Origin: Octopus bimaculoides
Lineage: Eukaryota
NCBI RefSeq assembly: GCF_001194135.2
Contig: NC_068981.1
Location: 71,200,369 to 71,240,788 of the forward strand
Reading direction: 5' to 3'
Length of the DNA: 40,420 nt
The notes under the pieces were generated by a model. The model was not told the DNA's origin. It did not search any database and saw nothing but the letters and a program-made list of their open reading frames with translations. Positions within the stretch are counted from its first letter, which is position 1; the number at the start of each line of letters is the position of its first letter. Shown here piece after piece: positions 36,621 to 40,420 of this stretch. A program made the position numbers and the translations under genes.

Positions 36621-36707
36621 ATTTATGTGACAATATATGGATTCAAGTAATTCGCTAAAACTCATAAAAAAGCTCCTTAATATATCATATTGTACAAACT
36701 ATATATA

Positions 36708-36740
36708 CTAGCTTAGGTACCCGGTAATACCCGAGAGCAG
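36708..36740 (-). mobile_element. Helitron-like 3' terminus (GC hairpin plus CTAG|T)
   Basis: The minus strand reads CTCGGGTATTACCGGG-8 nt-CTAG|T. The hairpin is at 36720-36735 (4 of 5 pairs) and CTAG is at 36708-36711. Confidence 0.5.
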
Positions 36741-36767
36741 GGATATTCCCAGTACCCATTGCAATGC

Positions 36768-38900
36768 CTAATTTCTCTCAGATTGAAAATCGATGGGTGG
36801 TATGGGTGGATTTTCTGGTATTCCTTGAAGAAATCTGTCCAGACTCCGTTTAAAGGTGATAGGATCCTTTTCCTCTTTGATCAGTTTTGGGACAATGTTA
36901 AACAGGGCAGGGCCTGTTGAGGAAAAGAAATTGTGTCGCAGTGTACCTATATGTTGTGATCCTGAATTGAGCAGGGGACGTATGGCCCGTGGTCCCAGCC
37001 TTGGATGAACATTAAAACTAATGTTCAGGTCGTATGGGCAATGCTGGGGTGATTCAATTTTCGAGATGTTTTGTTTTGTACGGGGAGACCACAAGGAACA
37101 GCAGTATTCGAGGTGTGGCCGTACAAAGGATGAGAAAAGTGGAATGATGACACCTTGTTCTCTGGACCGGAAGGTTCTTGGGATCCAGAAGCTCATCCTA
37201 CGATGTATATCGATCTTATTGTTGATGTGGGCACTCTAACTGAGATTGTTATGAACAATTACACCTAGGTCTCTTATATTATTAGATGCTGTGAGCGGTT
37301 CCCCTGAAGGAAGAGAGTATGGCTGTTTTAGTGTAGACTTTCTCCCAAAATGCGTCAGCTCAAATTTTTCCCCGTTTAGTTGCATTTTGTTTTTGTTTTC
37401 CCATTGATTCACAGCATATATATCAGACGGGGTTAGGAGCTGTTTCGGTATATAACCTGAGTCTAAAGAATTTCTCCAGAGGTTGGTCAGAGGGACTGCA
37501 AGTTGGTGTCTACATTCCTTCAGGAGACTAGCGGGGAATCTATCAGGGCCAACAGCAGAATAGTATTTGACCACATTTATTGCTGCTGTGATGTCTGAGG
37601 CAGTGAAGGTTATGTCCGAGATTTAATGCTGGGAATCAACTTCGTTCGCTTCTCTTACGTCAATATCAGTTGGATCACTAAAGACAGAGCAGTATTGTTT
37701 CTGCCATTTCTTTAGAATCGTGTTGGGGAATGCAGTTATCATCGATCAATGGCGCAATGGGTGAGGCATCGGTTCTATGTTTATTTGCATTAGAAGAGAC
37801 TTTTAGGTTCTGTTTGATGTTTTTGATTACCCACTGTTCCTCCGCAGCTCTTTGATTTTCAATGGAGGTTTTCATGTCGGTCTGCAGATGAAGTTTTTCC
37901 AACTCCAGCCTTTTTATTGTTGTTGAATGTGGATGTTATATGTGGGAGTATTTTAATTGGTTTATTTTTTTATTGAGTCTTTTGATGCGCCTAATGAATG
38001 TTTTTTTGTTTTTCTTTCTAGGGAGCCGGTTTCTGTTTGTGTTNNNNNNNNNNTCTTTTGATGCGCCTAATGAATGTTTTTTTGTTTTTCTTTCTAGGGA
38101 GCCGGTTTCTGTTTGTGTTAGTGGATTTCGTAGGAGCGTGTTTTGAGCATGTATAGGTGACAATGTTCTCAAAGTGCTTCCATGCGATCTTAATGTGAGT
38201 GGAACTGAGAGTGAAAGACCAGTCGATGAAGGACAGATCCTTTCTGATTGCTCCCCAGTCCGCTTTGTGGAAGTTTATGTTGTCAAATGAGAGCCGTGGA
38301 GTGGGATTGGCTGGTTTGGTTTTGATATGCTGGGAATTAAAATTGCAGAGTATCATGTCGTGATCTGAAAGGGGACTTTTCTCAACTGAAATACTGTGAA
38401 CGGAGCTAGAGTAGTTGGTTAAAATTAGATCCAAGATCATTTTATTCTATCTTGTTGGTTCGAGCACTAGCTGAGTCAGGAAGAATTTATCCATTAGATT
38501 AAAGAGTAATTCTGCTGCTGCTTTATCTGATGTACAGCATTTGCCTAACTTCAGAGTATTTGTGGGCCAGTTTATATGAGGGAGGTTAAAATCACCCATC
38601 ACTAGTATATTTCCGGAGTTGTATTTTTGAAGGAAGGACTTGATTTTGTCGAGGCACTCGTCAAGCCACTTTAGAGGTGCTTGGGGAGGCCTGTAAAAAC
38701 CAACAATGATTATGTCTTTGGCCTTGTTGAACAGTGATATAGATTCACAATAGCCATTGGAAAATATGTCCTTGGCACCAACTGAAAAGGAGTCATGGAG
38801 AAAGATGGCTGCCCTCACTTTTATTTCGGTTTGTGTGATCTGCACGGACAATGGTGAAATCTTTTATTTTCACCTCGGCATCCATATGTGTGCTGTTTAG
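36768..38900 (-). mobile_element. CR1/Jockey-group LINE ORF2 (APE plus partial RT), degenerate
   Basis: APE motifs are VGFYRPP, VMGDFNLPHINW, LDLILTN and SDHD. The RT N-terminus is GPDRFPASLLKECRHQLAVPL. The post-RT region has WENKNKMQLNGEKF, IRDLGVI and FVRPHLEYCCSLWSP. Confidence 0.9.
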
Positions 38901-39830
38901 ATGAATTTCAGTAAGGATAAAGAAAGAGAAGCAATGTGCCGTTTCTCTCTATATATGGGATCTTTCATTTTTGGGCAATGAGTGATGGGTTGATGCCATG
39001 TGCATTTAACAGGAATGTCGAGGTAAGGGTAGTTTGATGTTTGCATTGTTCTAAGTTATGTTTTAGGTGCTTCCAAGGTAGTAGCATTAGCAGGCTGTTG
39101 TTATTGTGGTAGTGAGTCCTGGCTTGCCACGGTAGTGTTGGGCAGAATTAGGTCAGATAGCGATATCAATGAGGATGTTGTTTGTTGCTGGCTAGCGGAT
39201 CGTTGAAGTGACCCCTGACTTGTTTACGTTGGGTCAGTTATTGCACTACATGCATTGACAAGTATGGCTTCCAGTGTTGCCGTGTGCGTGTGTAAAGTAT
39301 GAAATGATCTTGTGATTTCCTTTATTTTGTTTTAGATCTATTTTACAGATCTGTAAAAGAATTGTGACGCTAATTTTTCAGCGATTCTACCGTAGACATT
39401 AGCTTTTACACAATCGTCATGGTGAGTGTACCAAGCGTTTATCAGTGCACTGATTTCGTTTTCTACCTAATGGCGTTTTAGAATATTATTGGCCATATTC
39501 AGTGAGACAATATTATACTCTGTACGTCAGTTATTGATGACTTGATGTATAATAGTAAATAAACCGATAAGTTTGTGTTGATATATTCGGAAATTCGGGG
39601 CTATATCTGGGTGTTTGTGAGATAGTTCAGTGTATTTAATACAAGTCAGAATGAGCGGTGTGTGTAATACGAATCAAGAGAAAAGAATTGTACTCACGGG
39701 ACTAGTATTAGAACTAATCTTGGGTTTAGTTTTGGTTTTTATTTGTTTCTCCAGGTTGTATATAAATTTGTGTAAATTTATTCTCCGATGATAGTAAAAT
39801 TGTAAAATAATAAAATTCAAGAGTTCTGTG
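38900..39830 (-). mobile_element. Possible ORF1/5' region of the same LINE
   Basis: Lies immediately upstream of ORF2 on the same strand and is mostly open but interrupted by stops. No domain was confidently recognised. Confidence 0.35.
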
Positions 39831-39859
39831 ACTAAAAACAAGGCAAGTTACTGCTATAG

Positions 39860-40060
39860 CCATGATTGATCGCTTGCCACTAAACTTTTTTTTAATTTTC
39901 TATCTCTACTTATTTCTGTGTTCCTTTCTGTTGAAGAGCGTGGGCTCGAAACGTAAAAAACTTTCTCAATTCTCGAGAGTTAAACTAATAAATCTGTTTG
40001 TTGTTTACACATCCGTCTTCGTCTGTTTGTTTGTTGTTGTTTTTTTTGTAAATTCCAACT
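39860..40060 (+). repeat. Interspersed repeat carrying a hammerhead-like motif (39923-39960)
   Basis: CCTTT-CTGTTGA-A-GAGC gtgg GCTC-GAAAC-GTA-AAAAA. The core has A6 replaced by U. Confidence 0.5.
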
Positions 40061-40420
40061 ATATATATATATATATATGTATTTATATTTATATAAGAGC
40101 ATTACTATACAATAACGCCTCACGCTATGAGGGACTCTAAGGTCAGACTACTATAAAAAGCACATTTTTACCGAATGCGAGGAAATGCAACTCTAAAAGC
40201 CAACCCCTTCAAAACAGACTAAATTATAGATCATGATTTCGTAGTTATTGTAGTATTATACAACCTCTACTCGTCAGTATAATATGGTCAAGAAAAATAG
40301 AAATAAACAGTGAATCAACATACCAAACGAACACCGTGTATCCAGTATAGCATATAGACGACTGTTCATCGCTATTTCCCTATGTAAGTGGCGGGAATTT
40401 CGAATTGCATCTCGGTAAAT

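Noticed and set aside
37978-38119. 66-bp direct duplication inside the LINE
   Set aside because: The two copies flank a 10-N gap and are identical, which is typical of an unmerged contig overlap.
1-40420. CRISPR array, rRNA or prokaryotic operon
   Set aside because: No regular repeat-spacer array or rRNA signature was seen. The composition and elements are eukaryotic.

Overview
AT-rich animal genomic DNA, most likely an octopod cephalopod. This is inferred from the repeat families, the dense microsatellites and the TTAGGG motif, and was not checked against any database. There are six N-gaps. No host protein-coding gene can be supported. The window is mostly decayed transposons: Helitron helicase and termini, two RTE LINEs plus an RTE fragment, a near-complete Penelope-like element (PLE, RT plus GIY-YIG), a split and inverted second PLE fragment, two mariner remnants, mariner- and Tigger-type MITEs, a hAT remnant, CR1/Jockey-group LINEs and several tRNA-derived SINEs. 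The most interesting structure is the PLE at about 8.76-11.91 kb. Its terminal repeat combines a tRNA-like Pol III head (A and B boxes), an (AAT/AAC)n spacer and a minimal hammerhead ribozyme motif, and its 5' end is a head-to-head palindrome. Two further hammerhead-like motifs from apparently different repeat families lie at about 15.0 kb and 39.9 kb. Three long inverted-repeat pairs cluster at 25-31.3 kb, and one of them encloses a degenerate (TTAGGG)n array. All coordinates and alignments were read by eye.
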